From a virus, in UHGV virus genome UHGV-2171516: a stretch of 10,665 bases of DNA. One strand, written 5' to 3'. Positions within the stretch are counted from its first letter, which is position 1, and each line of letters starts with the position of its first letter. A program made the position numbers and the translations under genes. This document shows positions 1-6,384 of this stretch, piece after piece. Below the pieces are notes generated by a model, which saw only the letters and a program-made list of their open reading frames with translations, made no database searches and was not told the origin of the DNA.

Positions 1-77
1 GGCCACCAGCCATGTGAGGGGGAATCCATGAAAACCACATCACAAAATTATTATCTCATCAGCACGGGAGCTGCACA

Positions 78-1736
78 ATGGAGCTGACGATCACGCCGAA
101 TTTTGCACAGGAACGAGCGTTAAACATGTTGCGCCGTGACTGGAAGGCAAACGACACCTTCATGGTTTACTCGCCAACAGGTAGCGGTAAAACGGGTCTG
201 GCAGCCTTCATAGTTGCTGGTTTTGTCAGCCGTGGTATGCGTGTTCTGTTCTGTGTTCCGTACACCATCCTGATTGGTCAGACGGCTAATCGGTTCGTGC
301 AGTATGGTTTACCTGGAGATGAAATCGGTTATATCTGGGCGGATCACCCGAACTACGATCCGGACCGGAAAATTCAGATTGCCAGCGCTGACACGCTTAT
401 TCGTCGTGTTTTTCCTGAAAATATCGATCTGCTGATTATCGACGAAGCGCACCTGCGTAAAAAACGCATCCTGAAGGATATCGAACGTCTGCGCGGCAAA
501 GGCGTAAAAGTGATTGGCCTGTCGGGTACTCCGTTTTCTCCGTTCCTGGGCAAATACTATGACCGACTGATTAAGCCGACCACCATCGGCGAGTTAATCC
601 AGCGTGGCGATCTGAGTAAATACGAATTTTACGCGCCAACTAAGCCGGATCTGAAAGGTGTTAAAACCACATCTTCGCTTGAGTACGGCCGCGATTACAA
701 CGAAACACAGCTGGCTGAAATCATGTGCGGCTCTACGCTGGTGGGCGACATCGTACAGAACTGGCTGGAGAATGGTCGGGATTTACCTACCATCGCTTTC
801 TGCGTCAACGTAGCTCACGCCAATTATCTGACAATCCAGTTTAACCTGGCGGGTGTTAACGCTGAGGTAATGACCGCCGACACTCCGGTAGATGAGCGCC
901 AGACCATCATTCACCGCTTTGAAACCGGTGCAACGAAAATCATCGTTAGTGTGGGCGTTCTGGTGGCCGGCTTTGATAGTGACGTTCGTTGCATCATCTA
1001 CGCCAGGCCAACAAAAAGCGAAATTCGCTGGTTGCAGGCTCTCGGGCGTGGGCTGCGCACCGCACCGGGTAAAGAGTCCTGCCTTATCTTCGATCACAGC
1101 GGCACCGTGCACCGTTTGGGTTATCCGGATTCAATCGAGTACGACGAGCTTCCCGGTAAGTCTGACGGCATGGAGGAAAGCGCGCGCCGGGCAGTTGAGG
1201 AACGGGCCGAAAAACTGCCACATGAATGCCCTCAATGCCACTACATGAAGCCAGCAGGCGTCTATGTTTGCCCGAAATGTGGACACAAGCCGCTGCGAGG
1301 TGAAGACGTTGATACTGACACTAGCCGCAAACTTAATAAGCTGGGTAAAAATCAGCATCAGTCGACGAAGGCAGAGAAACAGTCCTGGTGGAGTCAGATC
1401 AAATTTTATCAGCGCCAGCGTGCTTCGCTGGGGCGTCCAGTCAGTGACGGATGGTGTGCTCACACTTTCCGGGAAAAGTTCGGTGAGTGGCCTGACGGAC
1501 TGAGTAACTTTCCGATGGAAATTACCCCTGAGGTAAATAACTACATCAGACACAAACTGATCCGGTTTGCCAAAGGCCACCAGCGGGTTCAGAAGGTCAC
1601 TGAAAACGCACAAACAACGATTGATTTATCTCAGGAACGTGATGAACGACGTGAGATACCGGCAGGCAGTGAGGCCTGGCGCATCATGCAGGCAAAGCAC
1701 CAACTCCAGAAAAATATAAACAGTCTGAGTCAGTAA
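78..1736 (+). CDS. Phage replication helicase, superfamily 2 (DEAD/DEAH-box type) with C-terminal zinc ribbon
   Basis: 552-aa ORF. Walker A SPTGSGKT near the N-terminus, DEAH box in LLIIDEAHL, SAT-like GLSGTPF, helicase C-domain motif QALGRGLR, C-terminal CPQC...CPKC pair. SD GGGAG at 66-70, 7 nt before the ATG. Stop TAA 1734-1736 is one base from the next start. Confidence 0.85.
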   Translation: MELTITPNFAQERALNMLRRDWKANDTFMVYSPTGSGKTGLAAFIVAGFVSRGMRVLFCVPYTILIGQTANRFVQYGLPGDEIGYIWADHPNYDPDRKIQIASADTLIRRVFPENIDLLIIDEAHLRKKRILKDIERLRGKGVKVIGLSGTPFSPFLGKYYDRLIKPTTIGELIQRGDLSKYEFYAPTKPDLKGVKTTSSLEYGRDYNETQLAEIMCGSTLVGDIVQNWLENGRDLPTIAFCVNVAHANYLTIQFNLAGVNAEVMTADTPVDERQTIIHRFETGATKIIVSVGVLVAGFDSDVRCIIYARPTKSEIRWLQALGRGLRTAPGKESCLIFDHSGTVHRLGYPDSIEYDELPGKSDGMEESARRAVEERAEKLPHECPQCHYMKPAGVYVCPKCGHKPLRGEDVDTDTSRKLNKLGKNQHQSTKAEKQSWWSQIKFYQRQRASLGRPVSDGWCAHTFREKFGEWPDGLSNFPMEITPEVNNYIRHKLIRFAKGHQRVQKVTENAQTTIDLSQERDERREIPAGSEAWRIMQAKHQLQKNINSLSQ

Positions 1737-1737
1737 G

Positions 1738-2706
1738 ATGAAAACAGCAGATGCAGCGAAAGGCCGCTGGCCTGAAATATTAGAGCACTTCGGTCTGCCG
1801 CCGATAACCGGAAAAAATCACTTCAAGGGTGAATGCCCGGTATGCGGTGCACGTGGCAAGTTCCGAATTGACGACCGCGACGGTGCAGGAACGTGGATCT
1901 GTGTATGTGGTAGTGGCGATGGTATGAAACTTGTCACCCTGACACAGGCGAAGCCATTTAACGAGATTTGTACCGAAATAGACCGCCTGATCGGTAATGA
2001 TTACCAACGGGTTAAAATCCCGGTAACCAGCAGCGCCACCAGCTTACGCAAACGGGTATTGAGCAAGTTTTCAAAACTGGAGGCACTGCGTGGTACATCC
2101 GGCGCAGCGTATCTTAATTCTCGTGGAATATTCAGTCTTCCTGCTGAGGCGATCCGGTTCAATGCCAGGCAGAGACACAACGGGAGTGTGTTCCAGTCTC
2201 TTTATTCACTTGCTACGGACGATAAAGGGGAGTTGTGCTATCTGCACCAGACTCTGCTTGATGGTGATAAAAAAGCAGATATCGGTAGCAGTGCAAAGCG
2301 CCTCAAATCCCTGCAGGAAGATAACTATTTGGATCACGCTCGTTCTGTAGCTATCCGCATGTTTCCTGTCGCCAGCACTCTGGGTATCGCCGAAGGCATC
2401 GAAACAGCGCTGTCAGCGCACCAGATTTATAACGTGAACACCTGGGCAACCATTAACAGCGGCTTTATGAAAAAGTTTCGCGTACCAGCTGGTGTTCTGC
2501 ACCTGATTATTTTTGCCGACCGTGACGAGAACAGCGCCACCGGGCTGGCTGCGGCTTGCGAATGTGCTCATGCCAATCTGATGGCAAAGAATGACCTGCA
2601 GCGCGTGAGCGTGTACTGGCCGGATCACGATGATTTCAACAATATGCTCATGAACGGTGATCAGGTTCGAGAGCTGGTTTTCCATAAGAAAAAGGCGGTT
2701 GCGTAA
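1738..2706 (+). CDS. Phage DNA primase (P4-alpha-like zinc-binding ribbon plus Toprim domain)
   Basis: 322-aa ORF. N-terminal CPVCG...CVCG zinc ribbon, Toprim signatures AEGIETALS and FADRDEN (DxD). ATG 1738 follows the helicase stop directly (TAAgATG), suggesting translational coupling. Confidence 0.75.
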   Translation: MKTADAAKGRWPEILEHFGLPPITGKNHFKGECPVCGARGKFRIDDRDGAGTWICVCGSGDGMKLVTLTQAKPFNEICTEIDRLIGNDYQRVKIPVTSSATSLRKRVLSKFSKLEALRGTSGAAYLNSRGIFSLPAEAIRFNARQRHNGSVFQSLYSLATDDKGELCYLHQTLLDGDKKADIGSSAKRLKSLQEDNYLDHARSVAIRMFPVASTLGIAEGIETALSAHQIYNVNTWATINSGFMKKFRVPAGVLHLIIFADRDENSATGLAAACECAHANLMAKNDLQRVSVYWPDHDDFNNMLMNGDQVRELVFHKKKAVA

Positions 2707-3563
2707 TGCGTACTGATAATAACGAACATAAAGCACTATTCACCATCCCGACGGCAGCGTACAGCTCCGCCCTCGCAAACATCAAGCCCCTGCCAGAGCA
2801 ACGGAGAATCACCGGGCATAAGCAGACTGATGCTTATCTTTGGGTGCTGGAGGTTATCCGTCTGAACGAACCCGCACATCTGGATGCTGCTGAGGCTGCG
2901 CTGGTGAAAATTAAAATTTCCCCAAAAGAGGCTCAGGAACGCTATTCGCGTTATCTGCTGGCGAATGGTTACGAACCTTTCCAGGTTGCGTTCGGCATCA
3001 TCGGCATGGATAACCCTGCGCAGGTTATCAGGAACGCCCGGGAGAACATCAAAAAAGCGGCATCAGTCAGGGCTACGTTTGGTAGCTATGAAGCAGCGCT
3101 CGAAGATGTGGAAGCAGAGCGGGTCATCAGGTCTTCCCAGAAATTTATCAACGATCATCTCTGGGGCTGGACTGCGGCAGAGAAAAAAGCCGGAAGCATT
3201 GGCGGCAGCCGCATGAACGAAATTGATGAACAGCGTCGGGCATTTGTTGATGGATATCGCGATGTGCTGCCTGAGCCTTATACGCTGTCTGATGTTGTTC
3301 GCGAGTTCGTTTACTGGGACTGGCTCTACAGTGTTCGCCACACTGCAACTAAAGAACAGGGCGATGAGTTTGGTTACTCTGAGCATCACGAATCGGTATA
3401 TGACCGCGAGCGCTACCTTGAAAAATTGCTGGCAACCATCAAACCGGTGACACGCGCTGAAGCCGTGGAGGTGTGCCGCTGGTTTCTGGCAAGTGGTAAG
3501 GGTGAATGCATGGAAGACGACGGTGCAGCGGTCATTCTCAATCTGGTTGGGGAGTGTGAATAA
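2706..3563 (+). CDS. Hypothetical phage protein, function unknown (sits where the nin region lies in lambdoid phages)
   Basis: 285-aa ORF in codon-like frame. Start overlaps the primase stop (TAATG) and its stop overlaps the next start, so it is part of the coupled operon. No motif I recognise. Confidence 0.6.
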   Translation: MRTDNNEHKALFTIPTAAYSSALANIKPLPEQRRITGHKQTDAYLWVLEVIRLNEPAHLDAAEAALVKIKISPKEAQERYSRYLLANGYEPFQVAFGIIGMDNPAQVIRNARENIKKAASVRATFGSYEAALEDVEAERVIRSSQKFINDHLWGWTAAEKKAGSIGGSRMNEIDEQRRAFVDGYRDVLPEPYTLSDVVREFVYWDWLYSVRHTATKEQGDEFGYSEHHESVYDRERYLEKLLATIKPVTRAEAVEVCRWFLASGKGECMEDDGAAVILNLVGECE

Positions 3564-4378
3564 TGAAGCTTGAGGCATCGCTAAAATACTTCAGTCCTCA
3601 GGGAATGTATATCGGCGACGATGTGAAAGGAACCTCTCCGGAACGTCTTACAGGCACCGATGTTATGGCGGCTATTGGTACCACCAGTAATCGTGAGCGG
3701 TTTGGCCTGGCGGCCTTCTTCGGGAAGGCCGGTATCAGCAAGACTGATGAGCAGATGGCAGTCCAGGCGCTGGCGCGTCACGCGATGGAAATTGCACCGA
3801 AGAATGTGCGTAAAGCAGCTGGTGGTGAATTTGGCTGGTGTATGCTGGTACTGGCTCAGTTTGCTTTTGCTGAGTATTCCCGATCGGCGGCCACCAGCGT
3901 AACATGCCATAGTTGCAGTGGTACCGGACTAACACCCCGTAAGCAGGTCATTCGTAAGGTTTCATACCCATGGGGTAAAGCACCATATTGGGCCAGTCGC
4001 TCCCGTGCTGTTCGACCGTCAGACTGGGAAAGATGGACAGAGGTAACGGAAGTTGTACCAGTCGTTTGCGATGTATGTAAAGGGAAGGGAGTGATAAGTG
4101 CCAGGTGTCGTTGTGGTGGAAAGGGAGAGGTACTGGACCGCAAAGCCACAAGCGAGCGTGGTGTGCCAGTGTTTAAAATCTGCGAGCGTTGTAGTGGAAA
4201 GGGATTCGTATCTATCAAATCAGCTAATGTTCATCGAGCTATTCAAATATACATTCCCGATCTGCACCAGTCTTCATGGTCGCGCAATTGGAAACCATTC
4301 TATGAAAAATTGATTGATATCCTGCATCAAGGTGAGCGGCATGCGGCTAGAGAATTTGAGAAGGCAACGAGTTACTGA
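3563..4378 (+). CDS. Q: Putative late antiterminator Q (phage 82 / QuuQ-like size class) with four CxxCxGxG zinc-finger repeats
   Basis: 271-aa ORF. Last gene before a promoter-like element, a strong terminator and the tRNA cluster, which is the Q position in lambdoid and Stx phages. Four repeats CHSCSGTG, CDVCKGKG, CRCGGKG, CERCSGKG. GGGGAG SD upstream; start overlaps the previous stop. Family assignment is by position and size, not sequence recall. Confidence 0.55.
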   Translation: MKLEASLKYFSPQGMYIGDDVKGTSPERLTGTDVMAAIGTTSNRERFGLAAFFGKAGISKTDEQMAVQALARHAMEIAPKNVRKAAGGEFGWCMLVLAQFAFAEYSRSAATSVTCHSCSGTGLTPRKQVIRKVSYPWGKAPYWASRSRAVRPSDWERWTEVTEVVPVVCDVCKGKGVISARCRCGGKGEVLDRKATSERGVPVFKICERCSGKGFVSIKSANVHRAIQIYIPDLHQSSWSRNWKPFYEKLIDILHQGERHAAREFEKATSY

Positions 4379-4417
4379 TCTGAACAGCTTTGGCGGAGAG
4401 ATTTTTGAGCAACCGAC

Positions 4418-4447
4418 TTGACTTTGCATAAAATTGTCTTGTATCAT
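4418..4447 (+). promoter_or_regulatory. Candidate late promoter (pR'-like): -35 TTGACT 4418-4423, -10 TATCAT 4442-4447, 18-bp spacer
   Basis: Sigma70-like hexamers directly downstream of the Q-like gene, about 40 nt upstream of a strong intrinsic terminator. This matches the lambdoid pR'-tR' arrangement. Not validated. Confidence 0.35.
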
Positions 4448-4488
4448 TTTAATTATGGGGTTTAGCGCCAATATAAAAATTAACACGG

Positions 4489-4512
4489 AACCCGCTTTAT
4501 AGCGGGTTTTTT
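4489..4512. terminator. Rho-independent terminator (tR'-like), usable from both directions
   Basis: 8-bp stem AACCCGCT / AGCGGGTT with TTAT loop, followed by a T6 run on the + strand. It lies 2 nt beyond the stop of the minus-strand gene 4515-5459, so it can also end that transcript. Confidence 0.65.
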
Positions 4513-4514
4513 AA

Positions 4515-5459
4515 TTATGGTAAATTTTCCATAAATTTCTTAAATAGTAATTTGTCTTTATTGCTTACAGATTTCTGAATGTTAAGTAATGCACGTAAAG
4601 GTTTAAGGTTTTCTCTTGTTGCAAAAACCCTGGATTTTTCTAAGCGTTCCTGAGCAAAGTTAAAGCGTTCTCTTAATCTTGAAACCTTTATTCCAAAAGA
4701 CAACACCTCTCTTTCAGTCAATTCATCTGGGGTACATTTGTTTAATTTTTCCAGAACCATTTTTATATCTCTTTCATAAAGAAGAGCAATGTCATAATCA
4801 TTCAGCAAGCATTCAGGGTATTGTATTACCCCAATAAGTTCATTTACGGTTTTGTTTTTGTTGTTAACTTTTGGAGCTGAGTCGCTTGTTTGCTTCTGGG
4901 ACATAATTTCGTCCAGTTCTAGCTCTTCTGTATTTTTTAATCTTGAGCGGAAAACACGCCCATCACCAGAAGCAGCCATCTTTTTCAATGTTTGATAAGC
5001 CGCACGCCCGATGATTTTAGGGTCTTTCATGTCAAGTATTCTATGAGCAACCTCAGTTAGTGATGGACGCCCAGATTCGATTTTGGCTTTGAGTTTGTAA
5101 TAGCTAAAAATATCATCTTTTGCCTCTTTAAGTGCGGTAAGTAAGCGATGGAAATCTGCTTTTCGGCAAAGTTCTATTGCTAAATTATCAAATGCTATAC
5201 CAAAAACATTAGTTCCACATACATGGCCGATATTCGTTTCAAATCCTTCTTTCGTAACTACCAGAAATCCCTTTTTATGCCCTTTGCGGCAATTTGATTT
5301 TCCACATGGAATTTCCTCTGGTAGGTCATCGTAGTAACCAAAAACGTCAGAGAGTTGCTGATCATTTAACTCTAATTTGGGATAGTAAGACTCTCTCGCC
5401 TGAATTTCTGCCCAGTCATTCACGCGAATAAAACTTTCGCCATTCTTGAGAAAAATCAT
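4515..5459 (-). CDS. Hypothetical 314-aa protein on the opposite strand; AT-rich moron, candidate accessory or defence gene
   Basis: Long ORF antisense to the phage backbone, visibly AT-rich against GC-richer flanks. Good SD AAGGA about 5 nt before the ATG (reverse complement of 5457-5470). Flanked by an AT-rich upstream region 5460-5580 and the terminator at 4489-4512. Cysteine/histidine cluster CGKSNCRKGH...HVCG; no family recognised. Confidence 0.7.
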   Translation of the reverse strand: MIFLKNGESFIRVNDWAEIQARESYYPKLELNDQQLSDVFGYYDDLPEEIPCGKSNCRKGHKKGFLVVTKEGFETNIGHVCGTNVFGIAFDNLAIELCRKADFHRLLTALKEAKDDIFSYYKLKAKIESGRPSLTEVAHRILDMKDPKIIGRAAYQTLKKMAASGDGRVFRSRLKNTEELELDEIMSQKQTSDSAPKVNNKNKTVNELIGVIQYPECLLNDYDIALLYERDIKMVLEKLNKCTPDELTEREVLSFGIKVSRLRERFNFAQERLEKSRVFATRENLKPLRALLNIQKSVSNKDKLLFKKFMENLP

Positions 5460-5583
5460 ACTCGTCCTTACTGTGGTTAGATTTAAAGCATATCCATTTG
5501 ATATTTAATCACTATTCTTTTTGTATTTCACCTAAAACGATTTGTTTTCATGTTTAATGTGACTGATGTATCATCACTCCCCC

Positions 5584-5656
5584 AGCCATTTTAGCTAAAT
5601 GATGAGAGCGAGTTATAATCGCCAGGTCGCTGGTTCAAATCCAGCAAGGGCCACCA
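5584..5656 (+). tRNA. tRNA-Ile-like (ileX/ileZ-like) with intact 3' half but degenerate 5' acceptor and D arm; possible pseudogene or fragment
   Basis: 3' portion ATAATCGCCAGGTCGCTGGTTCAAATCCAGCAAGGGCCACCA closely resembles the E. coli tRNA-Ile2 3' half as I recall it (T arm GCTGG/CCAGC, acceptor 3' strand AAGGGCC, discriminator A, CCA). The upstream sequence does not supply a matching GGCCCTT acceptor strand or a clean D stem. The anticodon loop reads GTTATAA (UAU) in my fold. Confidence 0.4.
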
Positions 5657-5663
5657 TCACATA

Positions 5664-5740
5664 CCGCCATTAGCTCATCAGGATAGAGCGCCAGCCTTCG
5701 AAGCTGGTTGCGCGGGGTTCGAGTCCTCGATGGCGGTCCA
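5664..5740 (+). tRNA. tRNA-Arg (anticodon UCG)
   Basis: Hand-folded cloverleaf: acceptor CCGCCAT/ATGGCGG, D stem GCTC/GAGC, anticodon stem CCAGC/GCTGG with loop CTTCGAA, T stem CGGGG/CCTCG (one G-U) with loop TTCGAGT, discriminator T plus CCA. 77 nt. Confidence 0.75.
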
Positions 5741-5754
5741 TTTATCGGCATTCT

Positions 5755-5831
5755 GCGTTGTTAGCTCAGCCGGACAGAGCAATTGCCTTCTAAGCAATCG
5801 GTCACTGGTTCGACTCCAGTACAACGCGCCA
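5755..5831 (+). tRNA. tRNA-Arg (anticodon UCU, argU/argO-like)
   Basis: Hand-folded cloverleaf: acceptor GCGTTGT/ACAACGC, D stem GCTC/GAGC, anticodon stem ATTGC/GCAAT with loop CTTCTAA, T stem ACTGG/CCAGT with loop TTCGACT, discriminator G plus CCA. 77 nt; resembles E. coli argU. Confidence 0.85.
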
Positions 5832-5846
5832 CACTTATTTTTTTCT

Positions 5847-5868
5847 GGCTTGCTTCGGCGGGCCTTTT
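5847..5868 (+). terminator. Weak intrinsic terminator-like hairpin after the tRNA cluster
   Basis: Stem GGCTTGC / GCGGGCC (two G-U pairs) with TTCG tetraloop, then TTTT. Confidence 0.3.
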
Positions 5869-5896
5869 AGTTGCTGAAAAAGAAAACACCAGGTGG

Positions 5897-5930
5897 TTAG
5901 CAGGGTATCCGTTACCCTGCTAAATTTTTA
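5897..5930 (+). terminator. Strong rho-independent terminator
   Basis: Perfect 11-bp stem TTAGCAGGGTA / TACCCTGCTAA with 5-nt loop TCCGT, followed by A then TTTTT. Confidence 0.65.
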
Positions 5931-6144
5931 AATACCTCACAATTCAGCAAGTTGATGATTGTCTGGCTGTCAGGGATTTTGTTAAAAAAATCCTGCATGG
6001 TGAATCCCCCTGAGCGGAGGGGCGACTGGTGACGGTATAATCTCTGATTATCAAAACGAGAATGACGCGGGTTTAGTGGCACCGGGCTGAACTCACCGGG
6101 AGGCACCCGGCACCATGTGCATGATGATACAGATACGCGGCTTT

Positions 6145-6171
6145 AGCCCCTCTCCGGAGGGGCTTTCTTGT
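6145..6171 (+). terminator. Terminator-like hairpin
   Basis: 8-bp GC-rich stem AGCCCCTC / GAGGGGCT with TCCG tetraloop, then TTCTTGT. Confidence 0.45.
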
Positions 6172-6175
6172 GGGC

Positions 6176-6202
6176 AAAAAAAAAGCCCGAGTGGGTTCGG
6201 GC
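6176..6202 (-). terminator. Rho-independent terminator oriented for the minus strand
   Basis: On the + strand an A9 run followed by stem GCCCGA / TCGGGC with loop GTGGGT. On the minus strand this is a hairpin followed by T9. Confidence 0.5.
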
Positions 6203-6257
6203 AACAGCATGAGATATACATTTTTATAATCGAATGGATTTTAACCAGAATTCATAA

Positions 6258-6284
6258 GGCTGCGCAACTGCGTGGCCTTTTTCG
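6258..6284 (+). terminator. Terminator-like hairpin upstream of nanS-p
   Basis: Stem GGCUGC... / ...GCGUGGCC (includes G-U pairs) followed by TTTTTCGTATT. Confidence 0.4.
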
Positions 6285-6384
6285 TATTGCGGGCTGTAGT
6301 TTTCCTCCTGCCATTGTCCTGTAACTTCCGGACTTCAGCCCGCCCCTCATCTGACTCACAACATTATCCCGACCGGGAGGATTC

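Noticed and set aside
1-87. Open frame running from the window start to a TGA at 85-87, overlapping the helicase start
   Set aside because: Could be the 3' end of an upstream gene, but only 28 codons are visible and carry no recognisable motif, so I cannot support a call.
1131-1613. 160-aa minus-strand ORF (and 783-1112 minus, 892-1248 plus) inside the helicase gene
   Set aside because: Fully embedded in or antisense to the helicase CDS, which has clear motifs; no independent start signals.
3063-3578. 171-aa minus-strand ORF antisense to the 285-aa gene, and the small ORFs 3581-4218 inside the Q-like gene
   Set aside because: Overlap the coupled + strand operon; no SD; composition consistent with shadow ORFs.
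6036-6041. Consensus TATAAT hexamer as a stand-alone promoter
   Set aside because: No acceptable -35 element or TG extension at the right spacing; a single consensus hexamer in AT-containing intergenic DNA is not enough to call a promoter.
5912-6324. Small ORFs 5912-6106 (minus) and 6115-6324 (plus) in the tRNA-to-nanS-p interval
   Set aside because: They span the terminator hairpins and the A/T runs, have no SD and give low-complexity translations; the interval is better read as non-coding regulatory DNA.
5832-6384. Shiga toxin genes (stxA/stxB) expected at this position in Stx-type phages
   Set aside because: No ORF of suitable size (about 320 and 90 aa with signal peptides) exists between the tRNA cluster and nanS-p; the interval is only about 550 bp.
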